Assembly (NCBI GenBank): GCA_016840165.1
Contig: JAEOSU010000072.1
Coordinates: 64,001-128,000, forward strand
Source: Promethearchaeota archaeon
GTDB lineage: Archaea; Asgardarchaeota; Lokiarchaeia; Sigyniarchaeales; SOKP01
Length of the DNA stretch: 64,000 bases
Direction: 5' to 3'
The notes under the pieces are model-generated. The model saw nothing but the letters and a program-made list of their open reading frames with translations, was not told where the DNA came from and ran no database searches. Positions 28,294 through 38,251 of the stretch are shown here, piece by piece. Numbering within the stretch: the stretch's first letter is position 1; each line of letters opens with the position of its first letter. Both the position numbers and the translations under genes were made by a program.

Positions 28294-29733
28294 CTAATCA
28301 TGTAAAATGGGATTCCTTGCAGCGGTAACAGCATCTAAACGTCTTACTGGAGTATCGTGTGGTGCATTTTTTAATAATTCTGGTTTGGAAACAGCTTCCT
28401 CATAGATATTAAATAGTATGTCAATATAGGCATCTAAAGACTGTTTTGACTCGGTTTCTGTTGGTTCAAACATCATTGCTCCATTCACTATAAGTGGAAA
28501 GTAAATGGTAGGTGAATAGGCCCCATAATCAAGAATTCTTTTAGCTACATCTTCTGTAGTGATTTCATTAGGAAGATTTTTGTCAGAGAGGACAAATTCA
28601 TGCTGACATATCCTATTGTAGGGGAGATGATATTTCTCTTGTAGTCTCGTTCGTAAATAATTTGCATTTAATACAGCAAATTGACCTACCCGTTTCAGCC
28701 CCTCAGCTCCTAAGGATAAAACATATGCATAGGCTTTTACTATTACTCCAAAGCTCCCCCAAAAAGCCCGTATTTTACCAATGGAGGCCCCAGTATTCTC
28801 ACGACAGACTATTCCCTTATCTTTAGTGATTATGCATGGTTCTGGAAGATGAGGAATCAATCTCTTCACTACACCAACAGGTCCCGAACCAGGACCCCCT
28901 CCACCGTGAGGCGTGGAAAATGTTTTGTGAAGATTCAGGTGAACAATATCAAAACCCATATCTTTGGGCCTACATATCCCAAGCATAGGATTTAAATTTG
29001 CTCCATCATAATAGCATAGTCCTCCTTTATCATGGACGATTCTTGTGATTTCTTTGATATTTCTGTCAAATACTCCCAAAGTATTTGGATTTGTGAGCAT
29101 TATACCAGCTACAAATTCATCTTGCATAGCATATTCCAATTGATCAAGTGGTACCTCACCAAATTCATTTGAAGTTAATTCAATGATCGAGAAACCCGCC
29201 ATTTTCGCAGATGCAGGGTTAGTACCATGAGCAGAATCAGGGACTATGATTTTATTCTTCACAATATTATTTTCTTCGAAATATTTTTTCATTATAAGTA
29301 ATCCAGTTAATTCTCCATGCGCACCTGCAGCAGGTTGAAGGGTAAAACCTTCCATACCAGTAATCTCTGACAAGCAATTTGACATTTCAGAGATGATTTC
29401 TAATGCCCCTTGATTTCTTTCTTGTAGAGGATGCAGTTGGGAAAAATGGGGTAGTCGTGATATTACTTCATTGATTTTAGGGTTATATTTCATAGTACAA
29501 GAACCTAAAGGATAAATGCCGGTATCCACACTGTAATTTTTTTTACTCAATCCAATATAGTGACGTACAATTTCTATTTCGGGAATATTTGGAAGATTTA
29601 AACTCTCTCTTTGGTATTTTTTAGGCAGTATCACATCAAGATCTTCAAGCTCTTCAATATCTAATAGGGGAACAAAATTATTGTGTTCACGATTATTTTG
29701 TTTAGTAAATATTAGGGTAGAATCGCGATTCAT
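28294..29733 (-). CDS. gcvPB: Glycine dehydrogenase (decarboxylating) subunit 2
   Basis: YPLGSCTMKYNP, QPAAGAHGE, SAHGTNPASA, HLNLHKTFSTPHGGGGPG (PLP lysine). Confidence 0.97.
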   Translation of the reverse strand: MNRDSTLIFTKQNNREHNNFVPLLDIEELEDLDVILPKKYQRESLNLPNIPEIEIVRHYIGLSKKNYSVDTGIYPLGSCTMKYNPKINEVISRLPHFSQLHPLQERNQGALEIISEMSNCLSEITGMEGFTLQPAAGAHGELTGLLIMKKYFEENNIVKNKIIVPDSAHGTNPASAKMAGFSIIELTSNEFGEVPLDQLEYAMQDEFVAGIMLTNPNTLGVFDRNIKEITRIVHDKGGLCYYDGANLNPMLGICRPKDMGFDIVHLNLHKTFSTPHGGGGPGSGPVGVVKRLIPHLPEPCIITKDKGIVCRENTGASIGKIRAFWGSFGVIVKAYAYVLSLGAEGLKRVGQFAVLNANYLRTRLQEKYHLPYNRICQHEFVLSDKNLPNEITTEDVAKRILDYGAYSPTIYFPLIVNGAMMFEPTETESKQSLDAYIDILFNIYEEAVSKPELLKNAPHDTPVRRLDAVTAARNPILHD

Positions 29734-29735
29734 CC

Positions 29736-31082
29736 TTAATCTTCCTCCATATTTGAAGATGCCAATTGTGCGGCTTGAATAAATAGATCAATGGATTCAC
29801 GAGAGTTCATCTCTGTTATACATACTAAAGCAACATCTTTCATATGAGCAAAATATTTCGAAAGTTTCAAAGGAGCCAACAGATTCATTTCTTCACATTT
29901 ATTAATGAATCTATCAATATCTGGGCATTCTACTAAGAACTCATTATAGGTAGGTTTTGTATTTAATATTTTATAGCCTGAGATATTTGATATTTTGTTT
30001 TTTACATAATGAGTTTTTTGAATATTTTGGAGAGCAATATCTTTTAATCCAGTTCGCCCCATACATAATAGATATATCAAGGCTGAGAGAGAACATAAAG
30101 CTTGATTAGTACATATATTTGAACTCGCTTTTTCCCGACGTATATGTTGTTCTCTGGCTTGTAATGTGAGAATAAAACCTTCTTTATCACCATTAATTTC
30201 TTTAGTCTTTCCTACTAGTCTACCTGGTATCTTTCGTAAGAATTCCTTTTTAGTGGTAAAAATTCCTAATCCTGGACCACCAAAGGAGGGGGAAATCCCG
30301 AAAGATTGCCCTTCAGCGACAAATATATCTATGCCGAGTTCACCTGGTGGACGTAAAACACCCAAACATGTTGGATCCGTCATTACATGAATAATTAAAC
30401 ATTTAGGAAATTTACTTTTTACATTTTTAACGATGGTCTCTAAATCTTCAATTTCACCAAAAAAATTTGGACTTTGAATTAATATCGCAGCAAATTCATC
30501 ATTTAATTTTGCTTCCAATGACTTCAACGGAATGATCTCGGAAATAATTTCTTGACCCCAACAGTAAGTTTTTACCACCTCTATATATTCAGGATGAATT
30601 CCTTCGATCATTAAGATCTTATTTTTTCGTGTGATAAGGGTAGCCATAAGCGCTGCTTCAGCAAGAGCAGTAGATCCATCATACATACTTGCATTTGCCA
30701 CATCCATCATTGTTAGGTGCGTGATAATTGTTTGATATTCATAAATTGCTTGTAAAAATCCTTGACTTGCTTCAGCTTGGTAAGGAGTATATGATGTATA
30801 GAATTCAGATCGATTTATGATGAAGTCTACCAACGAGGGAATATAATGATAATAACAACCCGCGCCTAAAAAGAAACCGTTGTAAATCTTACTTTTTATC
30901 GAAATCTCCCGTAACTTGTTAATAAGATCAGCTTCCGAGAGACCAGGACTTAATTTTAGTTTTTGTAAGATAAGATCTTTAGGAATATCTTGAAAAAGAT
31001 CTTCAATTGTTTTAAATCCAATTATTTCTAACATTTGGTATATAGTTTTTTGATCATGTGGAACAAAATCCAATTTACCCAC
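29736..31082 (-). CDS. gcvPA: Glycine dehydrogenase subunit 1
   Basis: YTPYQAEASQG, NASMYDG, REQHIRREKASSNICTNQAL. Confidence 0.97.
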   Translation of the reverse strand: MGKLDFVPHDQKTIYQMLEIIGFKTIEDLFQDIPKDLILQKLKLSPGLSEADLINKLREISIKSKIYNGFFLGAGCYYHYIPSLVDFIINRSEFYTSYTPYQAEASQGFLQAIYEYQTIITHLTMMDVANASMYDGSTALAEAALMATLITRKNKILMIEGIHPEYIEVVKTYCWGQEIISEIIPLKSLEAKLNDEFAAILIQSPNFFGEIEDLETIVKNVKSKFPKCLIIHVMTDPTCLGVLRPPGELGIDIFVAEGQSFGISPSFGGPGLGIFTTKKEFLRKIPGRLVGKTKEINGDKEGFILTLQAREQHIRREKASSNICTNQALCSLSALIYLLCMGRTGLKDIALQNIQKTHYVKNKISNISGYKILNTKPTYNEFLVECPDIDRFINKCEEMNLLAPLKLSKYFAHMKDVALVCITEMNSRESIDLFIQAAQLASSNMEED

Positions 31083-31123
31083 CTTTGATAATTAAAGAAA
31101 AATAATTAATTGGTTTTATTAAA

Positions 31124-31540
31124 CTATGTATCTTCGCTCTCGACTATCTTTTTGTACTCCTCAACGGAAAGAAGTTCGTTTATCTCATCTGGATGGGAAA
31201 TTTTTATCTTCATGAGCCAACCATCTTTAAATGGAGAAGAATTAACGAGTTCGGGATTTTCTACAATGTTTTCATTAAGTTCTATTATTTCCCCTGACAA
31301 TGGCATGATAATCTCTCCTACTGCCTTTACTGACTCGATTTCCCCTGCGTTACTTTCCCGTTCAAAAACCATTCCTTTATCCGGCATTTCAACATATACA
31401 ATATCGCCCAGCTGGTGTTGCGCATAATCTGTAATACCAACTTTCGCGATTTGTTCTTCTAATAAAACCCATTCATGAGTTGCTGTATACTTTAACCCTT
31501 CTGGAAATTTGTACTCCATATCTTGCACTTCTCTTATCAT
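31124..31540 (-). CDS. gcvH: Glycine cleavage H protein
   Basis: HEW, GITDYAQ..LGD, ESVKA lipoyl-lysine. True start may be ATG at 31519. Confidence 0.97.
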   Translation of the reverse strand: MIREVQDMEYKFPEGLKYTATHEWVLLEEQIAKVGITDYAQHQLGDIVYVEMPDKGMVFERESNAGEIESVKAVGEIIMPLSGEIIELNENIVENPELVNSSPFKDGWLMKIKISHPDEINELLSVEEYKKIVESEDT

Positions 31541-31546
31541 TTTTTG

Positions 31547-32653
31547 TTATAAATTTCTATAAAAAGGAATTTCAACAATTAATCCTTTAACTAATTTCTT
31601 CCTTATTTCAATCTCGATTTCAGTTTCAATCTCACTATACTGTTTTTTAACTAATCCTAACCCAATCGTTTTCTTCAGAGTGGGAGAGTATCCCCCAGAG
31701 GTGACGTATCCAATTTGTTTGCCTTCATAAAAAATGTTGTAATTTTCTCTAATTATACCCCTTTCTAATAAATTCAATCCAACTAATATCCTATCAGTCC
31801 CTTCAGATTTTTGTTTCATCAATACTTGTTTTCCAATATAATCAATTCCCTCTTTTGGTTTAACTAACCAAAAAAGACCAGCTTCAACAGGAGTAATTTG
31901 ATCGTTAATTTCATGACCGTAAAGTGAATAGCACGCCTCTAATCTTAATGAATCTCTTGCTCCTAACCCTGCGGGTGAGGCTCCTGTATCATATAAGTGA
32001 GTCCATACTTTTTCTGCATCTTCATTTTCTAAAGAAAGCTCAAAACCTCTTTCTCCTGTATATCCCGTACGAGCTATAAATATCGGGAATCCTTTGAGAG
32101 AGCAATGGTAGAAGTAAAAACGATTTAGTTGAGATAAATCTACATCAACTAATTTCTGTAATAATTCATCCGAATTTGGACCTTGAAAAGCTAATCTACA
32201 TCGTTTTGTAGAAAGATTGGTAATTTTCACATCATAGTTCCCGATATGGTCATTTAACCACTGAAAATCTTTATCAATATTGCTTGCGTTCACAATCATT
32301 CTAAATCGTGTAGGAGTCTCCTCATAATAGACTAAATCGTCTACTACAGTTCCATTTTCGTAGCACATACAAGAATATTGACCTTTATTTATCTCTAATA
32401 AATTAAGATCATTTATCATTACATACTGTAGAAAATCGAATACATCATCGCCTTCTAATAAAAATTCTCCCATATGAGAAATATCAAAAATACCTGCGTT
32501 TGTACGTACAGCTTCATGCTCTTCAATAATACTTTGATATTGTACGGGCATAGAAAAACCAGAAAAAGGAACCATACGTGCACCGAGTTTCATATGAATT
32601 TCATAAAAAGGAGTTTTTTTTAGTGCCATAGTAAGATACACTTCATTTGACAT
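31547..32653 (-). CDS. gcvT: Glycine cleavage aminomethyltransferase T
   Basis: FDISHMG, RTGYTGE.GFE, GLGARDSLRLEA. Confidence 0.97.
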   Translation of the reverse strand: MSNEVYLTMALKKTPFYEIHMKLGARMVPFSGFSMPVQYQSIIEEHEAVRTNAGIFDISHMGEFLLEGDDVFDFLQYVMINDLNLLEINKGQYSCMCYENGTVVDDLVYYEETPTRFRMIVNASNIDKDFQWLNDHIGNYDVKITNLSTKRCRLAFQGPNSDELLQKLVDVDLSQLNRFYFYHCSLKGFPIFIARTGYTGERGFELSLENEDAEKVWTHLYDTGASPAGLGARDSLRLEACYSLYGHEINDQITPVEAGLFWLVKPKEGIDYIGKQVLMKQKSEGTDRILVGLNLLERGIIRENYNIFYEGKQIGYVTSGGYSPTLKKTIGLGLVKKQYSEIETEIEIEIRKKLVKGLIVEIPFYRNL

Positions 32654-32787
32654 CTATAACTTGATATTGTGAGTATAAAGTGCTCAGAATTATTTAAATT
32701 TTCAGACTTGTTTTATTTGAAAAAGTACTTAAAAGGAGATCAAACCGATATAGCATAAAAAAATAAAATATAATGATAAAATTGTGT

Positions 32788-33324
32788 TTACTCCTCTACG
32801 GGAATCTGAACTAAGCTTAAAATATCGTAGCCTTCTAATTTATCTCTTCCGTGTAAACTACCTGTCAATTCAATAATAAAGGCTACTCCCGCTACTTCCC
32901 CTCCCGCTTTTTCTATTAAATTGCACGCAGCTTTAGCGGTACCCCCTGTAGCTAAAAGATCGTCGAATATCAAGACTTTCTCGCCACGCTCGATTGCATC
33001 TTCATGCATTTCTATGGTATCAGTCCCATATTCAAGATCATAAGTCTCACTAATGATTTTTGCAGGCAGTTTTCCCGGCTTTCTAATTAAAATGAAACCT
33101 GCATCGAGATAATAGGCAATAACACCACCCCATACATACCCTCGGGCTTCAATCGCTGCAACTTTGTTAATGCCCATTACCTTATAATGATTGATAATTC
33201 GATCACAAGATTCTTTAAAGGCAATAGGATTTTGACATAACGTAGTAACATCTTTGAATTGAATGCCTTTAACTGGAAAATCGGGGACATTTCGTATATA
33301 ATCTTCTAAGTTCATACATACCAT
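32788..33324 (-). CDS. apt: Adenine phosphoribosyltransferase
   Basis: PDFP..GI.FKD, EARG, RKPGKLP, LEYG, DDLLATGGT. Confidence 0.97.
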   Translation of the reverse strand: MVCMNLEDYIRNVPDFPVKGIQFKDVTTLCQNPIAFKESCDRIINHYKVMGINKVAAIEARGYVWGGVIAYYLDAGFILIRKPGKLPAKIISETYDLEYGTDTIEMHEDAIERGEKVLIFDDLLATGGTAKAACNLIEKAGGEVAGVAFIIELTGSLHGRDKLEGYDILSLVQIPVEE

Positions 33325-33528
33325 CTTTATTAAAGATAATTAGTTTATGAAAATATTATTTCCAATTAAAAATTATTTCTAATTAAATCCTAAAATTAAA
33401 TAAATCAAAAAAAATTGAGAAATTCCGTATTATTTAGAAAAAAATTAAATAAACATTAATTTATATATTTAAATATATTAGAACCATAAAAAAATAATTT
33501 TAATTCATATTCAAGAGTTGATTAGATC

Positions 33529-34482
33529 ATAAAGATCCTCCTTTTTGGTCCCCAAAACGCAGGTAAGACCTCTCTCATGCGTACCACGTGTTTAGGCTAC
33601 AACTTTATGAAGGTTCTCAATTTAAAGCCAACTAAAGGAATATCTCGAGAAAATTTCATCTTTCGTGGAATTATGGAATTAAATGTCTGGGATGCTGGCG
33701 GTCAAGAACGATATATGGAACGCTACTTTTCCGAATCACAACGACAATTGGTTTTTTCAGAAGTGACTACTGCGGTTTTCATGGTAGATTCTAGTGTTAA
33801 AGATCACAGTGAAAAAGAAATTTTTGATAAATTTTTGACAAATATTTTTGAATTTAGCCCTCAAATCGATATAGTGTATGTTTTATTAAATAAGATTGAC
33901 CTTCAAGATTCAAAAGAGGATGAGGTGTATTATCTTTTGATAAACGGCATTTCTAAGGAGTTAAAAGAGAAAATAGCCTTTACTCCTGTATCGGTAAAAG
34001 AAGGCAGCGCTCAACATCGATTAATTGAAATTTTGGACTACGAAATACAAACAAATACATTAGCACTGCAGAAGTTGGGTAAACTTCGACATATGCTGGA
34101 TCAAATGAAAGTAAATACATTAGCAGAATTTCTTTTGTTTAATCAACCAGATGGATTATTAATTGCCTCAACTCTTGGTAAGTTTGAGAGTAAACCACTC
34201 CAGTTTTTAAAATTTGAAATTTCAACCTTGGATTCTAATATCTATCAAATTTTTACGAAGATCAACGAAATTACGAATAATACAGTCACACCTCTTAATT
34301 TGACAACTATTATCTATGAAAGTGAAAATAATTATATCTTAGTAAAAGATGTAACAAATGGAGCTGTATTAATGGCGGTAACTAAAAATAAGGATAATGA
34401 GTCATTTAATAGCTTAATGAATTGCTTAGGTGGAGAAGATTTCTCAGAACTAAAAAATATTCTAGGCGAATCAGAGTTATAA
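33529..34482 (+). CDS. RagA/Gtr1-like GTPase with C-terminal roadblock-like domain (non-canonical start)
   Basis: In-frame IKILLFGPQNAGKTS (P-loop) lies upstream of the first ATG (33577). LNVWDAGGQERYMERYF, NKID, and C-terminal PDGLLIAS..IIYESENNYILV. Confidence 0.88.
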   Translation: MKILLFGPQNAGKTSLMRTTCLGYNFMKVLNLKPTKGISRENFIFRGIMELNVWDAGGQERYMERYFSESQRQLVFSEVTTAVFMVDSSVKDHSEKEIFDKFLTNIFEFSPQIDIVYVLLNKIDLQDSKEDEVYYLLINGISKELKEKIAFTPVSVKEGSAQHRLIEILDYEIQTNTLALQKLGKLRHMLDQMKVNTLAEFLLFNQPDGLLIASTLGKFESKPLQFLKFEISTLDSNIYQIFTKINEITNNTVTPLNLTTIIYESENNYILVKDVTNGAVLMAVTKNKDNESFNSLMNCLGGEDFSELKNILGESEL

Positions 34483-34535
34483 ATCATTTAAAAAGAAAAA
34501 GTATGAAAGAAAATTTATTTTTTAATAATTTTACT

Positions 34536-35384
34536 CTACTGCTCCTTTTCATGAAGAGCTCGCTTTGATAAGAGATGCTGTTTGGAATGATGGGGCATTC
34601 TTAATACCGTATCATTTGATTTTTCAATTTCTCTTGCTTGGACACATAAATCTGCTGCAGTTTTCATCATTTCGTGTGCTGCAGCTAATAAAGGCATATA
34701 ATCAGCTCTCTCTTTAAGCACAAAACAAGCTTTACCTGTAATCTTAGAAACTGAGGCTGCTAATTCGAATGCAGCAATTGCTTTAGCACGAGCATAAGGA
34801 TTGGAAAATCCAGCTTCTTGGGTCGCATAACTCGCATCAATTTCAATCTGTGGTAACGTAGGTGTTTTTCCCTCTAACATGTCCATAATAACTTTGTTTA
34901 ACTCTTTTACAATAACATTTAAAGCACCAGTGATTGATAATACCTTTAATAAGTCTGAATTAAAACAACTCATTTCTATCGGGTCTAAAAAGGGGCGCCT
35001 TGCACCAATCATCGAGTCACATCCTACAATAATATATCCCATATTTTTTTCTTTATACTCCTCAATTGCTTTTTTAGCAGGAGCATCTGATATGACGATG
35101 GTTGGGATATTGCCTGCTAATTCTCTTGCTGCTTGTGGGCCTTTTAACGCAGCATTAGGACTCGACATGATGATTAATTCCGGTTCAAATTCCAAAAGTT
35201 TTTTCATTGTTTCCACACATTCCTCTGGAGGATGCATTTTAGCACCTGAAGTCACCTCCCGGACGTTTAATCGTGTTGCTTCTGCTCTTTCATCCATAAG
35301 GAAAGCGAGTAATAAAGATGAACCAATTGTACCATTTTTCAATATACCTATTTTTAATATTTTATCTTCGCTCATTTTTGACAA
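34536..35384 (-). CDS. mtd: F420-dependent methylene-H4MPT dehydrogenase
   Basis: DERA, SGAKM, SPN...GP, DSMIGARR.FLDP.EM..FN.D, AAAHEM, REIEK..D.V.R.PH. Confidence 0.95.
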   Translation of the reverse strand: MSKMSEDKILKIGILKNGTIGSSLLLAFLMDERAEATRLNVREVTSGAKMHPPEECVETMKKLLEFEPELIIMSSPNAALKGPQAARELAGNIPTIVISDAPAKKAIEEYKEKNMGYIIVGCDSMIGARRPFLDPIEMSCFNSDLLKVLSITGALNVIVKELNKVIMDMLEGKTPTLPQIEIDASYATQEAGFSNPYARAKAIAAFELAASVSKITGKACFVLKERADYMPLLAAAHEMMKTAADLCVQAREIEKSNDTVLRMPHHSKQHLLSKRALHEKEQ

Positions 35385-35560
35385 CTTATACTTTTATCAC
35401 TATCATTTAGAAATTCATTATGAATTTTTTAAAATGCTAGATAATTAAAATCTTTAGGTTTTTTTTCTTTAAAATTTTATATAGTATCACGTTCTATCAA
35501 AATTTGCTATAATAATCAGATTTTTTAAGAATAAATTAATAGAAAAAAGGTTAACTAGAA

Positions 35561-36472
35561 ATGGAATTAAATGGAGTTGAAATTGAAGATACTTTTTGTG
35601 AGGCGTTTGGGGCAGTTTTTACGCGGATTCTTGTTACTGCGATAAATGAAAAATGGGTAAAAATTGCTGCTCAAATCACGACGGGCTACGGCACTTCGAC
35701 AATTCATTGTGATTCTGAAGCGGGAATTGACATTTTAGTACCACCAGAAAAGACACCTGATAATCGCCCTGGAGCAGTCTTAATGTTTTTTAAGACCAAA
35801 AAAGATCAAATGGATAATGTACTCTTAAATAGGATCGGTCAATGTGTTCTCACTTGTCCAACTACTGCATGTTTTGATGCCATTAATGGCTCTCTTGATG
35901 TTGAAAAAGAATTTGAAATAAAAACAGGATTTAAGTTAAAGTTTTTCGGAGATAAATTTGAGGAGAAACTCGAGGGGAAATATCCATTCGAAGCATGGAA
36001 AATTCCAGTTATGGATGGCGAATTTATTATTCAGAGTATGTTTAAAGTGGGAAAGGGAATTGCTGGTGGTAACTTCTTAATTATGGGAAAGGATCAAAAA
36101 AGCGCATTAGAAGCAGCAGAAAGAGCCGTTGAAGCAATAAGTAAGGTTGAAAATGTGATCGCCCCATTTCCAGGAGGAATAGCTCGTTCTGGTTCGAAAG
36201 TAGGTTCACAATATAGCTTTTTGAATGCATCAACAAACGATCCCCTATGTCCAACTTTAAAGGATAAGATAAGTGAAAGCTTACTCCGAGATGGTGATAG
36301 TTGTGTATATGAAGTCATTATAGATGGAGCAACTGAAGATTCAATAGTGAAAGCGATGAAAATAGGGATTGAAGCAGCAGTAAAAGTTCCTGGTGTTAAT
36401 AGAATTTCTGCTGGAAATTATGGTGGAAAACTTGGAAAATTCCAATATAGATTACATGATATTCTGAGTTAA
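35561..36472 (+). CDS. ftr: Formylmethanofuran:H4MPT formyltransferase
   Basis: IEDTFCEAF, TPD.RPG, RIGQCVLTCPTT, GGNF, PFPGG..RSGSK, SAGNYGGKLG. Confidence 0.97.
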   Translation: MELNGVEIEDTFCEAFGAVFTRILVTAINEKWVKIAAQITTGYGTSTIHCDSEAGIDILVPPEKTPDNRPGAVLMFFKTKKDQMDNVLLNRIGQCVLTCPTTACFDAINGSLDVEKEFEIKTGFKLKFFGDKFEEKLEGKYPFEAWKIPVMDGEFIIQSMFKVGKGIAGGNFLIMGKDQKSALEAAERAVEAISKVENVIAPFPGGIARSGSKVGSQYSFLNASTNDPLCPTLKDKISESLLRDGDSCVYEVIIDGATEDSIVKAMKIGIEAAVKVPGVNRISAGNYGGKLGKFQYRLHDILS

Positions 36473-36525
36473 TAAGTACAAGCAGTAATAATTAGATTAG
36501 TATTAAATTTAATAATTAAAAATTT

Positions 36526-38244
36526 TTATTTTAATCTTCTTTTAATTTTTCTTTGAATTGGTTTTTGTTCGCTAGGTTCTTTTTGAGGTTCTTCCTCACC
36601 AATTTCCTCTAACTCTTCCTCCTCTCTTAGCCGCTCCTTAACCTTTTTTCTTTTTAGCTTTTTCTTTTTCGATATTGCTTTTTGTGGTTCTGAATATTTT
36701 GATTTAAAATATCGATATACTAAAGCTATGCCTCCTAGAAAACCGAAAATCACGCCCAATATTAATGCAATCCAAGGAAGAACAGGACTTAATAAATCAG
36801 GGATTATCCTAATTTCCTTTGGAGCAAAACCGTAATCAGACGTAAGGCTTGTCACGCCTCCATCGCTATCATAAACAGTTAGATATACATACCATGACCC
36901 AGGCATTAAATCAACTGTTCGGATAATCACCTCCACATTATCTTTATATTTTATCGAAATATTGTACCATTCATTCCTCTCATTTAATAGATGCACTGTT
37001 ATTAAAGAAATTGTATCTTCTACATCAGAAACATTAAACATAAAGATTATATCTTCACCATAATTAATTGAGATACTGTTCTCAACATTTATCCCATTAA
37101 TGGTGAAACCATGGATCTCTGGAAGGTTATTCTCAACGGTTATTATTTCGATATATGGTTCACCTAAAGTTATGAATTGATCAAAAACATCAAATATTAC
37201 TTGATATTTTCCAATAGGTTTTCCAATAGCCACAGAAAAGGTGTAAACAAATGTCCAATCACCATTATTCGCCATTGAGGTAGGTGTGGTCTCTTCGCCT
37301 TCAGAGTCTTGGATTGTGATAAGTACAGAGATATTTTCGGCAAAAGTGTCTATATCCATATCTCCATCTGTCACATTTAACGAAACTGTGCATTCTTCAT
37401 CTATTTTTATTGTCGTTGCAGAAAAGTTTACAGATCCCGAGACAATCTCCGGAATTGAATTTAGAAGATTGAAAGGTAAATAGATCCTATTTATTTCGCT
37501 ATAATATGTATCATTAACTTTGATTTTAACATAATAGATATGATTTGACATAGAAAAGCTTTCATTTAATTCGAAGTAGAAAGATTCGATATCGGTTCCT
37601 AAGGTGAATAATGAAGTTTCAAGGGATTCATTGAGATTGTCCACAACCGAGAGAACCCAAGTAAAGGTATGAAGACCATAATCTACAATCTTAAATTCTC
37701 CCCACGCTAATTCTCCTCTCTCATAATCTGGTTTGTTTAAACTGCCCAAATAATTGCTAATTATTGTAAAATTAACGTATGTTGTATGAGCGTTTAATAA
37801 ATAATCACTTTGATTGAAAATGTAAAAATTTACTTTATGAAATCCTAATGGAGCGTTATACGCTGGCGTATAATTATAATCAAATTCATCATCATTTAAC
37901 TTGCTCATACTAAAATTTTTGAATACGTTATTTTGATAGGAAATTTGCATGAGCGTATAATTAGCATTCGAAAATCCAGAAACATTTACGCGAAAATAAA
38001 TTGATTCGAATAGTCTATTTATAGGTGAAAAGGTACTCTGATAAATAGAGGAATAATTCAATGATTTTAACCCATTGTCCGCGGATTTTGGGTTTAATTC
38101 CTTTTTATCCAATTGGAGGTAATTTGAATTCAATTCGTTTCCGTTAATATTGATTAAGCTTGCTGAAATGAAGACAGCAATCAATGAAATAATAATTAAA
38201 CTTATAGTAATTTTAGATCTTATTGAATGTTTAGGTTTTTTCAT
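36526..38244 (-). CDS. Membrane-anchored cell-surface protein with Ig/cadherin-like beta repeats and charged cytoplasmic tail
   Basis: N-terminal signal/TM, repeated N..PEI and DxD motifs, many N-x-S/T sequons, C-terminal TM followed by K/R- and E-rich tail. Confidence 0.8.
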   Translation of the reverse strand: MKKPKHSIRSKITISLIIISLIAVFISASLININGNELNSNYLQLDKKELNPKSADNGLKSLNYSSIYQSTFSPINRLFESIYFRVNVSGFSNANYTLMQISYQNNVFKNFSMSKLNDDEFDYNYTPAYNAPLGFHKVNFYIFNQSDYLLNAHTTYVNFTIISNYLGSLNKPDYERGELAWGEFKIVDYGLHTFTWVLSVVDNLNESLETSLFTLGTDIESFYFELNESFSMSNHIYYVKIKVNDTYYSEINRIYLPFNLLNSIPEIVSGSVNFSATTIKIDEECTVSLNVTDGDMDIDTFAENISVLITIQDSEGEETTPTSMANNGDWTFVYTFSVAIGKPIGKYQVIFDVFDQFITLGEPYIEIITVENNLPEIHGFTINGINVENSISINYGEDIIFMFNVSDVEDTISLITVHLLNERNEWYNISIKYKDNVEVIIRTVDLMPGSWYVYLTVYDSDGGVTSLTSDYGFAPKEIRIIPDLLSPVLPWIALILGVIFGFLGGIALVYRYFKSKYSEPQKAISKKKKLKRKKVKERLREEEELEEIGEEEPQKEPSEQKPIQRKIKRRLK

Positions 38245-38251
38245 AATTTCC

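Noticed and set aside
33523-33525. In-frame TAG before the Rag P-loop as a pyrrolysine/readthrough codon
   Set aside because: No in-frame canonical start or protein-like sequence was seen just upstream, and no pyl genes are in the window. Non-canonical initiation or an indel is simpler.
34879-35448. 189-aa plus-strand ORF and the other short overlapping ORFs in the track (e.g. 1041, 5196, 11920, 12283, 31110, 51943, 58646, 63743)
   Set aside because: Antisense or alternate-frame shadows of well-supported genes, with no motifs of their own.
22454-36472. mch/mtd/ftr as evidence of methanogenesis
   Set aside because: No mcr or mtr genes in the window; these enzymes are common in non-methanogenic archaea, including Asgard lineages.
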